DNA of 64,000 nt, from NCBI GenBank assembly GCA_965541615.1, contig CBEUCJ010000002.1:95795-159794 (forward strand), given 5' to 3'. The notes beneath the pieces are model-generated. The model had not been told where the DNA came from. It saw only the letters and a list, made by a program, of their open reading frames with translations, and did not search any database. Positions within the stretch are counted from its first letter, which is position 1. Each line of letters opens with the position of its first letter. Below are positions 49,314-57,839 of this stretch, piece by piece. The position numbers were made by a program, and so were the translations under genes. The stretch is from an uncultured bacterium. GTDB taxonomy: Bacteria; Omnitrophota; Gorgyraeia; Duberdicusellales; CBEUCJ01.

Positions 49314-50505
49314 AAGAGTATTAGGACTACTCAAAAAAATAGAAGTCCATCCAAAAGGTATTGAGAAGATGCTACCTAAAACTCAAGTCATGTTATTTCA
49401 TATAAAAGGTATTGAAGGTTTTAAGGCAAATCTATTAAAACAAGAGATGCTTTCTATAGGTGGAGATTGCGCTATTTCTAAAAAAGCTCTTCTTTCTAAA
49501 AGGAACACAGAATGTCTTTTAATAGGTACAAGAAAACACATAAAGATTTTGGCAGAAAAACTCCAAGAGCAAAATTCTGGTCTTAAAAAAATAGCCAAAA
49601 TTTTGAAAAAAGAACTAGAGACAGATGAAAAAGAAAATATTTTTAAAGCCAATAATTTTACGTTTAATCTTAAATCAAAAGTCCTAATAATGGGGGTCTT
49701 GAATCTGACTCCAGACTCTTTTTCAGGAGATGGAATTTATAAAGATAAAAATTACAAAAAGTATATTCCATTGATATTAAAAAAAGTAGAAGAGATGATA
49801 AAAGAAGGAGCTGACATCATAGACATAGGAGGTGAATCTACAAGACCAGGAGCAAGTTATGTAGAAGTATCAGAAGAAATAAAAAGAGTCATTCCTGCTC
49901 TTATAGAAATTAGAAAGAAATTCAAAAAAATTCCTATTTCAGTAGACACTTATAAACCTCAGGTAGCTAAATTATCTATAGAAAATGGTGCAGATATTAT
50001 AAATGACGTTACAGGTTTAAGAAACAAAGAGATGTTGAAAGTTTTGAGCAAAAGTAAGGTGGGTATTATCTGTATGCATATGAAAGGTAGACCTAAAACT
50101 ATGCAGAAGAATCCCTTTTATAAAGATTTAATCCCTCAGATAATTGAATTTTTGAGTAGGTCTCTGGAGAGAGCTGAAAACTTTGGTATAGAAAGAGAAA
50201 GGATTGTAATAGATCCTGGAATAGGATTTGGCAAAAGTTTTGAAGATAACTTTAGGATAATAAAATATTTAGAGGAGTTTAAGATTTTAAAAAGACCAAT
50301 TTTAATAGGAGCTTCCAAGAAATCTTTTATAGGCTATATTTTAAACCAACCTCCTCAAGAAAGACTTTATGGAACTTTATCAGTTCTAAGTATATGTGTG
50401 ATGAATGGAGCTAATATTTTAAGAGTCCATGATGTAAAGGAAGCCAAAGACTGTGTTAAGGTAGCTAATGCAATAAGAAATGTTTGGTATACTTACCAAT
50501 CTTGA
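49282..50505 (+). CDS. folP: Dihydropteroate synthase with N-terminal extension
   Basis: [35 protein letters not shown]; about 130 extra N-terminal residues. Confidence 0.95.
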   Translation: MKIFRITNHLERVLGLLKKIEVHPKGIEKMLPKTQVMLFHIKGIEGFKANLLKQEMLSIGGDCAISKKALLSKRNTECLLIGTRKHIKILAEKLQEQNSGLKKIAKILKKELETDEKENIFKANNFTFNLKSKVLIMGVLNLTPDSFSGDGIYKDKNYKKYIPLILKKVEEMIKEGADIIDIGGESTRPGASYVEVSEEIKRVIPALIEIRKKFKKIPISVDTYKPQVAKLSIENGADIINDVTGLRNKEMLKVLSKSKVGIICMHMKGRPKTMQKNPFYKDLIPQIIEFLSRSLERAENFGIERERIVIDPGIGFGKSFEDNFRIIKYLEEFKILKRPILIGASKKSFIGYILNQPPQERLYGTLSVLSICVMNGANILRVHDVKEAKDCVKVANAIRNVWYTYQS

Positions 50506-51250
50506 TCTTTACTGGAAACCTGTATTAGAGATTTTAATCTTATGGTTCGTTTTTTATAAGATCCTTCTTTTTTTAAAAGGCACTCGTGCTTTTCAACTTT
50601 TAAAAGGGATAATAATTTTAGTAATTGCCTTTTTCATATTACAAAAGTTAGGTTTACATACTTTAGAATGGCTATTTACAAGATTGTTTGCTATCTCCAT
50701 TATTGCTATTGTAATCTTATTTCAACCTGAATTAAGACAAGGATTAGCGAAGTTAGGACAGCAAAAGTTATTTCATTTTAATCTTCCAGAAGAAGATATA
50801 GAAGAGATGATAAATGAAATAGTGACAGCTTCTTTTATGCTTTCAAAAAAAAGAATAGGAGCTTTAATAGCTATACAGAGAGAGACAGGTCTTAAAAACT
50901 ATGCTGAAAGTGGAGTTATAATAGATGCAAATTTATCAGCAGAGTTAATACAAGCAATTTTTCATCCCTTTAGTCCTCTCCATGATGGAGGGATGATAAT
51001 TCAAGAAAAGAAGATCTATGCTTGTGCGTGCCTTTTTCCTTTATCTGATTCTCCAGAATTAGATAAAACCTTGGGAATGAGACATAGAGCAGCTTTAGGA
51101 CTATCAGAAGAAACAGATGCAATTGTAATTTGTATCTCAGAAGAGACTCAAAAGATTAATGTAGCTGTTGGTGGGAAAATGTATTCTGATCTTTCAAAAG
51201 AAAAGTTAAGTTATTTGATTAAGAGTAATTTAAAAAGAAAAGCAAAATGA
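50480..51250 (+). CDS. cdaA: Diadenylate cyclase CdaA
   Basis: Three TM helices, FQPELR, IGALI, PLHDGG, GMRHRAALG. Confidence 0.95.
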   Translation: MFGILTNLDLYWKPVLEILILWFVFYKILLFLKGTRAFQLLKGIIILVIAFFILQKLGLHTLEWLFTRLFAISIIAIVILFQPELRQGLAKLGQQKLFHFNLPEEDIEEMINEIVTASFMLSKKRIGALIAIQRETGLKNYAESGVIIDANLSAELIQAIFHPFSPLHDGGMIIQEKKIYACACLFPLSDSPELDKTLGMRHRAALGLSEETDAIVICISEETQKINVAVGGKMYSDLSKEKLSYLIKSNLKRKAK

Positions 51251-51357
51251 AAAATATCATCTTTAAAAATTTTCTATTAAAGGTTATATCTTTAATATTG
51301 GCTATAATTACTTGGGTTTACATAAATGGAGAATTAGCCAAAAAATTCTATCAATGA
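51247..51357 (+). CDS. 36-aa CdaR/YbbR-like transmembrane micro-protein
   Basis: MKNIIFKNFLLKVISLILAIITWVYINGELAKKFYQ*. ATGA overlaps with the cdaA stop and the pdxJ start; resembles the CdaR N-terminal anchor. Not in the ORF track. Confidence 0.75.
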   Translation: MKNIIFKNFLLKVISLILAIITWVYINGELAKKFYQ

Positions 51358-52082
51358 AATTAGGAGTAAATATTGATCATATAGCTACTTTAAGAGAAGC
51401 GCGAAAAGAGATTTATCCCTCACCTGTATGGGGAGCAGTTTTAGCTCAAATAGCAGGAGCTGATAGTATAGTCTGTCATTTAAGAGAAGATAGGAGGCAT
51501 ATAAAAGAAAGAGATCTTTTTCTTTTAAAAGAAGTTGTGATGGTAAAACTTAATTTAGAGATGTCTTTAAATAGAGAGATAGTGGAGATAGCAAAGAAAT
51601 TAAAACCAGACCAAGCTACTTTAGTACCTGAAAGGAGGCAAGAGATAACTACAGAAGGAGGCTTAGATTTAAAGAAAAATAAAAAAAGAGTAAAAGAAGT
51701 CATTTCTCAATTAAAAAGTAAAGGTATCTTGGTAAGTGTATTTATAGATCCTGATAAAGAACAGATTGAATTAGCAAAAAAATTAAATGTTGATGCAATT
51801 GAAATCCATACAGGAAGATACTCTCAAGCAAAGACATATAGTCAAATGAAAAAAGAATTAGATAAAATAAAAGAAGCTGTTATCTTTAGCAAAGAACTGA
51901 AATTGAGAACTTATGCAGGACATGGATTAAATTATATTAATATTACACCTGTAGCTAAAATAAAAGAAATAGAAGAATTTAACATTGGACACTCAATTAT
52001 CAGTAGAGCTGTCTTTGTAGGGTTAGTACAAGCTATAAGAGAGATGAAGATGTTAATTTTAGATGCGAGGAGTAGGGATTGA
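51354..52082 (+). CDS. pdxJ: Pyridoxine 5'-phosphate synthase
   Basis: MKLGVNIDHIATLREAR, HLREDRRHI, TTEGG, AGHGL, NIGH; start corrected to ATG 51354. Confidence 0.96.
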   Translation: MKLGVNIDHIATLREARKEIYPSPVWGAVLAQIAGADSIVCHLREDRRHIKERDLFLLKEVVMVKLNLEMSLNREIVEIAKKLKPDQATLVPERRQEITTEGGLDLKKNKKRVKEVISQLKSKGILVSVFIDPDKEQIELAKKLNVDAIEIHTGRYSQAKTYSQMKKELDKIKEAVIFSKELKLRTYAGHGLNYINITPVAKIKEIEEFNIGHSIISRAVFVGLVQAIREMKMLILDARSRD

Positions 52083-52404
52083 TATTGTAGAGATTCAAAG
52101 ATTTGAAGAAGCTATAAAAAGATTTGGTGACGATTTCTTAAAAAAAATTTTTACTGAAAAAGAGTTAAAGTACTCTTTAAATAAAAAAAATAAATTTCAA
52201 CATTTAGCTGCGAGATTTGCATGTAAAGAGGCAGTCATAAAAGCTATAGGAAAATCTTTAAATTTAAAAGAAATAGAGATTTTAAATGAACCTAATGGAA
52301 AACCTTTCTGTAAAATAAATAATTCTCTGTATAAAGATTCTAAAATTTTTATTTCTCTTTCACATACTCATAATTATGCAACAGCTATTGCAATCCTTAC
52401 TTAA
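52063..52404 (+). CDS. acpS: Holo-ACP synthase
   Basis: GIDIVEI.RF, LAARFACKEA, GKP, SLSH. Confidence 0.95.
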   Translation: MRGVGIDIVEIQRFEEAIKRFGDDFLKKIFTEKELKYSLNKKNKFQHLAARFACKEAVIKAIGKSLNLKEIEILNEPNGKPFCKINNSLYKDSKIFISLSHTHNYATAIAILT

Positions 52405-53248
52405 AAGACCTCCCCAATCTCATAAAAATACTTTTGGACATGTATTTGTAATAGCAGGTTCTCCTGGATTATTAGGAGCTGCTACCTTATGTAGTGTAAG
52501 TGCTCTTAAGATAGGAGCAGGTTTAGTCACATTAGGTGTTCCAAAGAGTTTTTATCCTGTAATGCAAACTAAACTCACTGAAGTAATGCTTTTAATATTG
52601 GAAGAGACTCCAGAGAGTACTTTTTCTTATAAAGCTCGCAATAAAATAATGAGATTTTTAGAAGAAAAGGCAGATGTGGTAATTATAGGACCAGGTTTAT
52701 CTTTGAATCCTTCTACTCAAAAATTGGTTAGATTTCTTGTGAAAAACTCTCCTAAAAATATCGTATTAGATGCAGATGGAATAAAAGCTTTAAAGAATAA
52801 TCTGGATTTATTAAAGAAAAGAAAGTGTAAAGATATAATCTTAACACCACATCCAGGAGAGTTCAGTTACATTACTGGTTTAGATAAAAAAGAAATAATC
52901 TCAAATAAGGAAAAGATAGCAAAAGATTTTTCTCAAAAGTATAGAGTCTATCTTATATTAAAAGGACACAGGACTTGCTTGGCTTCACCTTCTCAGAAAA
53001 TTTATATAAATAAAACTGGTAACCCAGGAATGGCTACAGCAGGTGCTGGTGATGTTTTAACAGGAATCTTAGCAGGTTTATTAGCACAAAAACCTGATTA
53101 CGATATTTTTGAACTATGTAAATTGGGAATTTTTTTGCATGGATTAGCTGGTGATTTAGCCAAAAAAATTAAGACTGTCTTATCTTTAACAGCTTCAGAT
53201 ATAATTGAATTCATACCCCAAGCTATTAAAAAGGTGTTATCTGAGTAA
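52376..53248 (+). CDS. nnrD: ADP-dependent NAD(P)H-hydrate dehydratase (stand-alone)
   Basis: SHKNTFG, GAGLV, IGPGL, LDADG, LTPHPGE, MATAGAGDVL; no epimerase domain. Confidence 0.92.
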   Translation: MQQLLQSLLKRPPQSHKNTFGHVFVIAGSPGLLGAATLCSVSALKIGAGLVTLGVPKSFYPVMQTKLTEVMLLILEETPESTFSYKARNKIMRFLEEKADVVIIGPGLSLNPSTQKLVRFLVKNSPKNIVLDADGIKALKNNLDLLKKRKCKDIILTPHPGEFSYITGLDKKEIISNKEKIAKDFSQKYRVYLILKGHRTCLASPSQKIYINKTGNPGMATAGAGDVLTGILAGLLAQKPDYDIFELCKLGIFLHGLAGDLAKKIKTVLSLTASDIIEFIPQAIKKVLSE

Positions 53249-53262
53249 ATTTGTATAAAGAA

Positions 53263-54402
53263 ATGAATAAATTTTATTTAAAATTAAACTTTTATTTTTT
53301 TATGGTTGCGTTAATAATATCTTTTTCTAACTTTTCATTCACTTGTGAAGTACCAAAAGGAATTTTTCTACTTCTTTCAGCAGGAAGTTTTCCTCCAAGT
53401 TTTCTTTTAGAAGAAAATTTTATTCAGGGTATAAGTGTAAGAGTGAGATGGAAAGATGTAGAAAAAAGTCCAGGTAAGTATGATTGGAGTTACCTTGATA
53501 AAATTTTTGAACTTGCTCAAAAAGAGCATAAAAAAGTATTTTTAAGACTCCTTGGTGGTTTTTGGTCTCCTTCTTGGATTTACAGAAAAGGAGTCCCTTT
53601 TTTCGAGATAAAATTGCATGGGAAAGGATTTGTTGCTAAAAGTTTTATCAATAAGTATGGAGATCAAATTAAACTCCCTGTAGTATGGGATAAAAGATAT
53701 TTAGAACTTTGGGCTTCTTTTGTAAAAGTAGTAGGCAAAAAATATAACTCCAAACCTGAGCTCGTCTTAGTGCATCTTTCTGGTCCTACCTTTTTTTCTG
53801 CAGAAATAATCTTAGCCCGTAATAAAAAAGAATTTGAAAGGTTAAAAACGGTAGGGTTTAATAGTACACAATTTTTAAAAGCTTGGGAAAAAACGATTAA
53901 AATTTTTAAAGAAGCTTTTCCTAACAAACCCCTTGCTTTAAACGTTCACTATGTAATAAAAGAAGATTCTTTAAAACTTTATGTAAAACTTTTTGAATTA
54001 AGCTATAAAATTCTAAAAGATTGTTTGGTGATACAAGGTAATTGGTTTTCTCCAAGACATATTTTATGGTTAGATAGAACTTCAAAGATTCCTGATAAAG
54101 AAATGTTCTTGCTCTTTTGTCGAGCTCATAAGTATAAAATTCCAATAGGTTTTCAGGAGGCTTTTCCTTTTTCAAAAGCAATGAAAAGACATCACCTTTC
54201 AATTAATAAAACAAAAAGAATAAGAAAAAAACTTTTGAAACTCTTGCTAAAATTGGATATACAGTATATAGAAATTTATCTTGAAGACATTCAAGACCCT
54301 TTTTGGAAAGAATTATGGGAAAATTTCCAATTTCAAAAAAATTTTGTTGAAAGAAGGGTAGATAAATTTTTAAATATTGCTTTACTTAAAAAATTATATT
54401 AA
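53263..54402 (+). CDS. Secreted glycoside hydrolase-like TIM barrel (GH42/GH-A clan-like), function unknown
   Basis: Hydrophobic N-terminus; WKDVEKSPGKYDWSYLD, SPSW, PVVWD motifs. Start is ATG 53263 or TTG 53251. Confidence 0.6.
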   Translation: MNKFYLKLNFYFFMVALIISFSNFSFTCEVPKGIFLLLSAGSFPPSFLLEENFIQGISVRVRWKDVEKSPGKYDWSYLDKIFELAQKEHKKVFLRLLGGFWSPSWIYRKGVPFFEIKLHGKGFVAKSFINKYGDQIKLPVVWDKRYLELWASFVKVVGKKYNSKPELVLVHLSGPTFFSAEIILARNKKEFERLKTVGFNSTQFLKAWEKTIKIFKEAFPNKPLALNVHYVIKEDSLKLYVKLFELSYKILKDCLVIQGNWFSPRHILWLDRTSKIPDKEMFLLFCRAHKYKIPIGFQEAFPFSKAMKRHHLSINKTKRIRKKLLKLLLKLDIQYIEIYLEDIQDPFWKELWENFQFQKNFVERRVDKFLNIALLKKLY

Positions 54403-54405
54403 AAT
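54377..54405 (+). promoter_or_regulatory. Putative promoter of cstA
   Basis: TTGCTT-17 nt-TAAAAT. Confidence 0.4.
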
Positions 54406-54421
54406 TAAGACCTAATTGGCT

Positions 54422-56038
54422 ATGAATTCAATAATTATAGTAACAGGAGTTTTTATTCTTTTTATCTTAGGATACAGATTTTATGCTCTTAAGATAGAGA
54501 AAATCTTAGATGTAAATCCTCAAAGAAAGACACCTGCCTATGAAAAATCAGATGGTGTAGATTTTGTTCCTGCTCGCCATTGGACGATACTATTTGGTCA
54601 TCATTTTTCAAGTATTGCAGGTGCAGCTCCTATTATAGGACCTATAATTGCAGTAAGTATTTGGGGATGGGTACCATCAGTTTTATGGATAGTCTTAGGA
54701 TGCATATTTTTAGGAGGTGTCCATGACTTTGGAGCTTTAATGTGTTCAGTCCATCATAAAGGATCTACAATAGCTGAAATTGTAAAATACATCCTTTCTG
54801 ATAAAGCTAAATTAATATTTTCTGTCTTTGTATTATTGGCTTTAATTTTAGTAGTAGCTGTTTTTGCTTTCTTTTGTGCTAAAACTTTTGTTGCAGACCC
54901 TAAGATAGTACTTCCTTCTTTAGGATTAATACCTGTTGCTATTTTCGTAGGATGGCTTTTGTACAAAGTAAAGGTAAATCAAATAATTGCTACTTTTTGT
55001 GGTCTTTTCCTCTTGTTTCTTCTACTTATTTTAGGAAATTATTTCCCAATTAATTTAGGCAAAGCATCTTTAAAGATATGGATGATAATTTTATTCATCT
55101 ATGCATTTTTTGCTTCAATTACACCTGTAAATATACTCTTACAACCTCGTGATTACTTATCTTCTTTTTTATTATTAACAGGTTTATTTTTGGGATACTT
55201 AGGTTTACTTATTACACATCCAGAAATGAAATTACCTTCTTTCATTAATCAAAAGATAATCTCACTTAATACAGAAGCAAATCCTTTATGGCCTATGCTT
55301 ATGGTAACTATAGCATGTGGAGCTATTTCAGGATTCCATTCTTTAATAGCGAGTGGCACTACTTCTAAACAGCTTCCAAATGAGAGATATGCAAAGAGAA
55401 TAGGCTACGGAGCAATGTTGCTTGAGGGAGCTTTAGCAGTTTTAGCTTTAGTATGTGTCTGTGGAGCTTTTAAAAGTCTAAGTAATTTGAAAGAAGTTCT
55501 CGCTCATAAAGGAGGACCTATTCAGGCATTTGGTATAGGATTTCAAAATCTTGTTCCTTTCTTGGGAAAGTTTGGTAGTTTGATAGCAGTTACTGTTTTA
55601 AATGCATTTATTTTAACTACTTTAGATACTGCTACCCGCATTTCTCGTTATATAACTGAAGAACTAACAGGAATAAAAAATCACATTATCTCAACTTTAA
55701 TAGTAATAATACCAGCTCTTTGGTTAAGTTGGGGTGGGAAATGGAAGCTTATTTGGCCTACATTTGGAGCCTCTAATCAATTAGTAGCAAGTTTAGTTTT
55801 GATAATTATAAGTTGTTGGTTGTTATCTAAAAACAAATGTATAAATTATACTCTTATTCCTGGAATACTTATGCTCATTACAACTATTATGGCTTTAATT
55901 AGACAAACCATAATATATATTAAAAATCAAAATTATCTTCTTTTAACGATATCTGTTTGTATGTTGATTTTGGCTTTGTATATTCCTTTATCTGCATTTA
56001 AAATTATTATAAGAAGAAAAAGGCAATTGAATTTTTAG
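54422..56038 (+). CDS. cstA: Carbon starvation protein A (peptide/pyruvate transporter family)
   Basis: DGVDFVP, FGHHFSSIAGAAPI, LLQPRDY, IACGAISGFHSL, TTLDTATR, FGASNQL. Confidence 0.95.
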   Translation: MNSIIIVTGVFILFILGYRFYALKIEKILDVNPQRKTPAYEKSDGVDFVPARHWTILFGHHFSSIAGAAPIIGPIIAVSIWGWVPSVLWIVLGCIFLGGVHDFGALMCSVHHKGSTIAEIVKYILSDKAKLIFSVFVLLALILVVAVFAFFCAKTFVADPKIVLPSLGLIPVAIFVGWLLYKVKVNQIIATFCGLFLLFLLLILGNYFPINLGKASLKIWMIILFIYAFFASITPVNILLQPRDYLSSFLLLTGLFLGYLGLLITHPEMKLPSFINQKIISLNTEANPLWPMLMVTIACGAISGFHSLIASGTTSKQLPNERYAKRIGYGAMLLEGALAVLALVCVCGAFKSLSNLKEVLAHKGGPIQAFGIGFQNLVPFLGKFGSLIAVTVLNAFILTTLDTATRISRYITEELTGIKNHIISTLIVIIPALWLSWGGKWKLIWPTFGASNQLVASLVLIIISCWLLSKNKCINYTLIPGILMLITTIMALIRQTIIYIKNQNYLLLTISVCMLILALYIPLSAFKIIIRRKRQLNF

Positions 56039-56063
56039 TTTTTTATGTTAAATATATATAAAA

Positions 56064-56137
56064 GCTGGCGTAGCTCAACTAGGTAGAGCAGCTGATTTGT
56101 AATCAGCAGGTTGTGGGTTCGAGTCCCACCGCCAGCT
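56064..56137 (+). tRNA. tRNA-Thr (TGT)
   Basis: GCTGGCG/CGCCAGC acceptor, GCTGA-TTTGTAA-TCAGC arm. Confidence 0.95.
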
Positions 56138-56150
56138 TTGATTTTAAAAA

Positions 56151-56235
56151 GGGCAGGTGGCAGAGCGGTCAAATGCACCAGGCTGTAAACCTGGCGGGCG
56201 AAAGCCCTACGGAGGTTCAAATCCTCCCCTGCCCA
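56151..56235 (+). tRNA. tRNA-Tyr (GTA)
   Basis: GGGCAGG/CCTGCCC acceptor, CCAGG-CTGTAAA-CCTGG arm, long variable arm GGGC-GAAA-GCCC. Confidence 0.95.
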
Positions 56236-56256
56236 TTTTTAATTTTTTAATTTAAT

Positions 56257-56327
56257 GCGGGCGTAGTTCAACGGTAGAACACAGGCCTTCCAAGCCTGGG
56301 ATGGGGGTTCGATTCCCCTCGCCCGCT
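56257..56327 (+). tRNA. tRNA-Gly (TCC)
   Basis: GCGGGCG/CGCCCGC acceptor, CAGGC-CTTCCAA-GCCTG arm. Confidence 0.95.
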
Positions 56328-56339
56328 TTTTATTTCTGA

Positions 56340-57344
56340 ATGTTGGATGGAAGAAAATTTTCAATTTTAGGAGACGGTGGTTGGGCACATACTTTAAGTA
56401 TCTTACTCCATGAAAAAAGTTTTGAAGTTCTTATATGGTCTCCTTCCAAAGAATATGCAGAATATTTAAAAAAATATAGAAAAAATCCTAAATATTTTCC
56501 AGAAGTAGATATCCCTAAAAATATTAAAATCACTTCTTCTTTGAAAGAAGCTGTTGATTTTTCTAAATATCTGCTTTTGGTAATACCTACAAAATTCTTA
56601 AGAGAAGTTTTAAGGAAATTAAAAAAATTGAATATTTATGATAAAATATTTTTATCTTGTTCAAAAGGAATTGAAGAGAAGACTTTTAAAAGACCTTCTG
56701 AGATAATAAAAGAGTTCTTTGAAAAACCAAAATTAGCTGTTCTTTCAGGTCCTACAATAGCTAGAGAAGTCATTAAAAAGAATCCTACTCTGTGTATTGT
56801 AGCTTCGAAAGAAAGAGAGATTTCTTCTTTTTGGCAAAAAGTTTTAAGTACAGATTATTTTAGAGTTTATATTTCAAATGATATAGTTGGAACAGAATTG
56901 GGAGGAGCTTTAAAAAATATAATAGCAATAGCTTGTGGTATAGTCGAAGGACTAAACTTAGGCACAAATACCAAAGCTGCTTTATTATCACGAGGTTTAG
57001 TAGAAATAGTAAGATTTTGCAGAAAATTTGGAGCAAAAAAGGAAACACTCTTTGGATTAGCAGGGTTAGGAGATTTGGTGACGACTTGCTTTAACAAACA
57101 TAGTAGAAACCGAACTGTAGGAGAATTGATAGCAAAAGGGTATAGATTAAAAGAAATAGAAAAAAGTATGGAGATGGTAGCTGAAGGTATATATACAGTA
57201 AAAGCAGTATATAAGATAAGCAAAAAATTTAATATTGAAATGCCAATAACTACTCAAGTTTATAAAGTTCTTTATAAAAATAAATCTCCTTTAAAGGCTA
57301 TAAAGGAATTAATGAGGAGAAGATTAAAAGAAGAAAGAATTTAG
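56340..57344 (+). CDS. gpsA: NAD(P)H-dependent glycerol-3-phosphate dehydrogenase
   Basis: SKGIE, LSGPTIA, ELGGALKNIIAIA, GLAGLGDLVTTC, SRN, VAEG. Confidence 0.96.
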   Translation: MLDGRKFSILGDGGWAHTLSILLHEKSFEVLIWSPSKEYAEYLKKYRKNPKYFPEVDIPKNIKITSSLKEAVDFSKYLLLVIPTKFLREVLRKLKKLNIYDKIFLSCSKGIEEKTFKRPSEIIKEFFEKPKLAVLSGPTIAREVIKKNPTLCIVASKEREISSFWQKVLSTDYFRVYISNDIVGTELGGALKNIIAIACGIVEGLNLGTNTKAALLSRGLVEIVRFCRKFGAKKETLFGLAGLGDLVTTCFNKHSRNRTVGELIAKGYRLKEIEKSMEMVAEGIYTVKAVYKISKKFNIEMPITTQVYKVLYKNKSPLKAIKELMRRRLKEERI

Positions 57345-57364
57345 TTTAAGAAAAAATATCATCT

Positions 57365-57439
57365 CGGGGCGTAGCTCAGTTTGGTTAGAGCGCTGGCATG
57401 GGGGGCCAGAGGTCAGCGGTTCAAGTCCGCTCGCCCCGA
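57365..57439 (+). tRNA. tRNA-Pro (GGG)
   Basis: CGGGGCG/CGCCCCG acceptor, CTGGC-ATGGGGG-GCCAG arm, TTCAAGT T-loop. Confidence 0.93.
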
Positions 57440-57473
57440 GATTTTTGGTTAAAAATTAAAAAGGAGAAAAAGT

Positions 57474-57824
57474 ATGGAGAATGTAGAGAGAAGAAAGTAT
57501 CCAAGAATTAAAGGAACTTTTGTAGTAAGTTATAGAATATTAGAAGACGTAGATTCAGCAGATCTCTCTCAAACAAAGAATATTTCTGAAGGAGGAATGC
57601 TTTTAACTACGAATAGGAAATTTGAGAAGGGAACTTTACTAATGCTTAATTTAAGACTTCCTTTCATAGAAGAAAAAATAGAATTAATAGGAAGGGTCTT
57701 AGAATCCAAAGAAATAGTCAAGGATTTAATTTATGAGACCAGATTATGTTTTGTAGAAGTACCTGAAGAAACACGTCAAAAGATAAGAGCTACTGTTCAA
57801 AAATTTTTGGAATCAGAAAGTTAG
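57474..57824 (+). CDS. Stand-alone PilZ domain protein (c-di-GMP receptor)
   Basis: ERRKYPR (RxxxR) and NISEGG (D/NxSxxG) motifs; AAGGAG RBS. Confidence 0.88.
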   Translation: MENVERRKYPRIKGTFVVSYRILEDVDSADLSQTKNISEGGMLLTTNRKFEKGTLLMLNLRLPFIEEKIELIGRVLESKEIVKDLIYETRLCFVEVPEETRQKIRATVQKFLESES

Positions 57825-57839
57825 CCTTGTATAATAAAA

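Noticed and set aside
51312-51353. Track start of pdxJ at TTG 51312
   Set aside because: The conserved PdxJ N-terminus starts at ATG 51354; the upstream bases are better explained by the CdaR-like micro-ORF in another frame.
56035-56220. 61-aa minus-strand ORF
   Set aside because: It is antisense to tRNA-Thr and tRNA-Tyr, a typical spurious tRNA shadow ORF.
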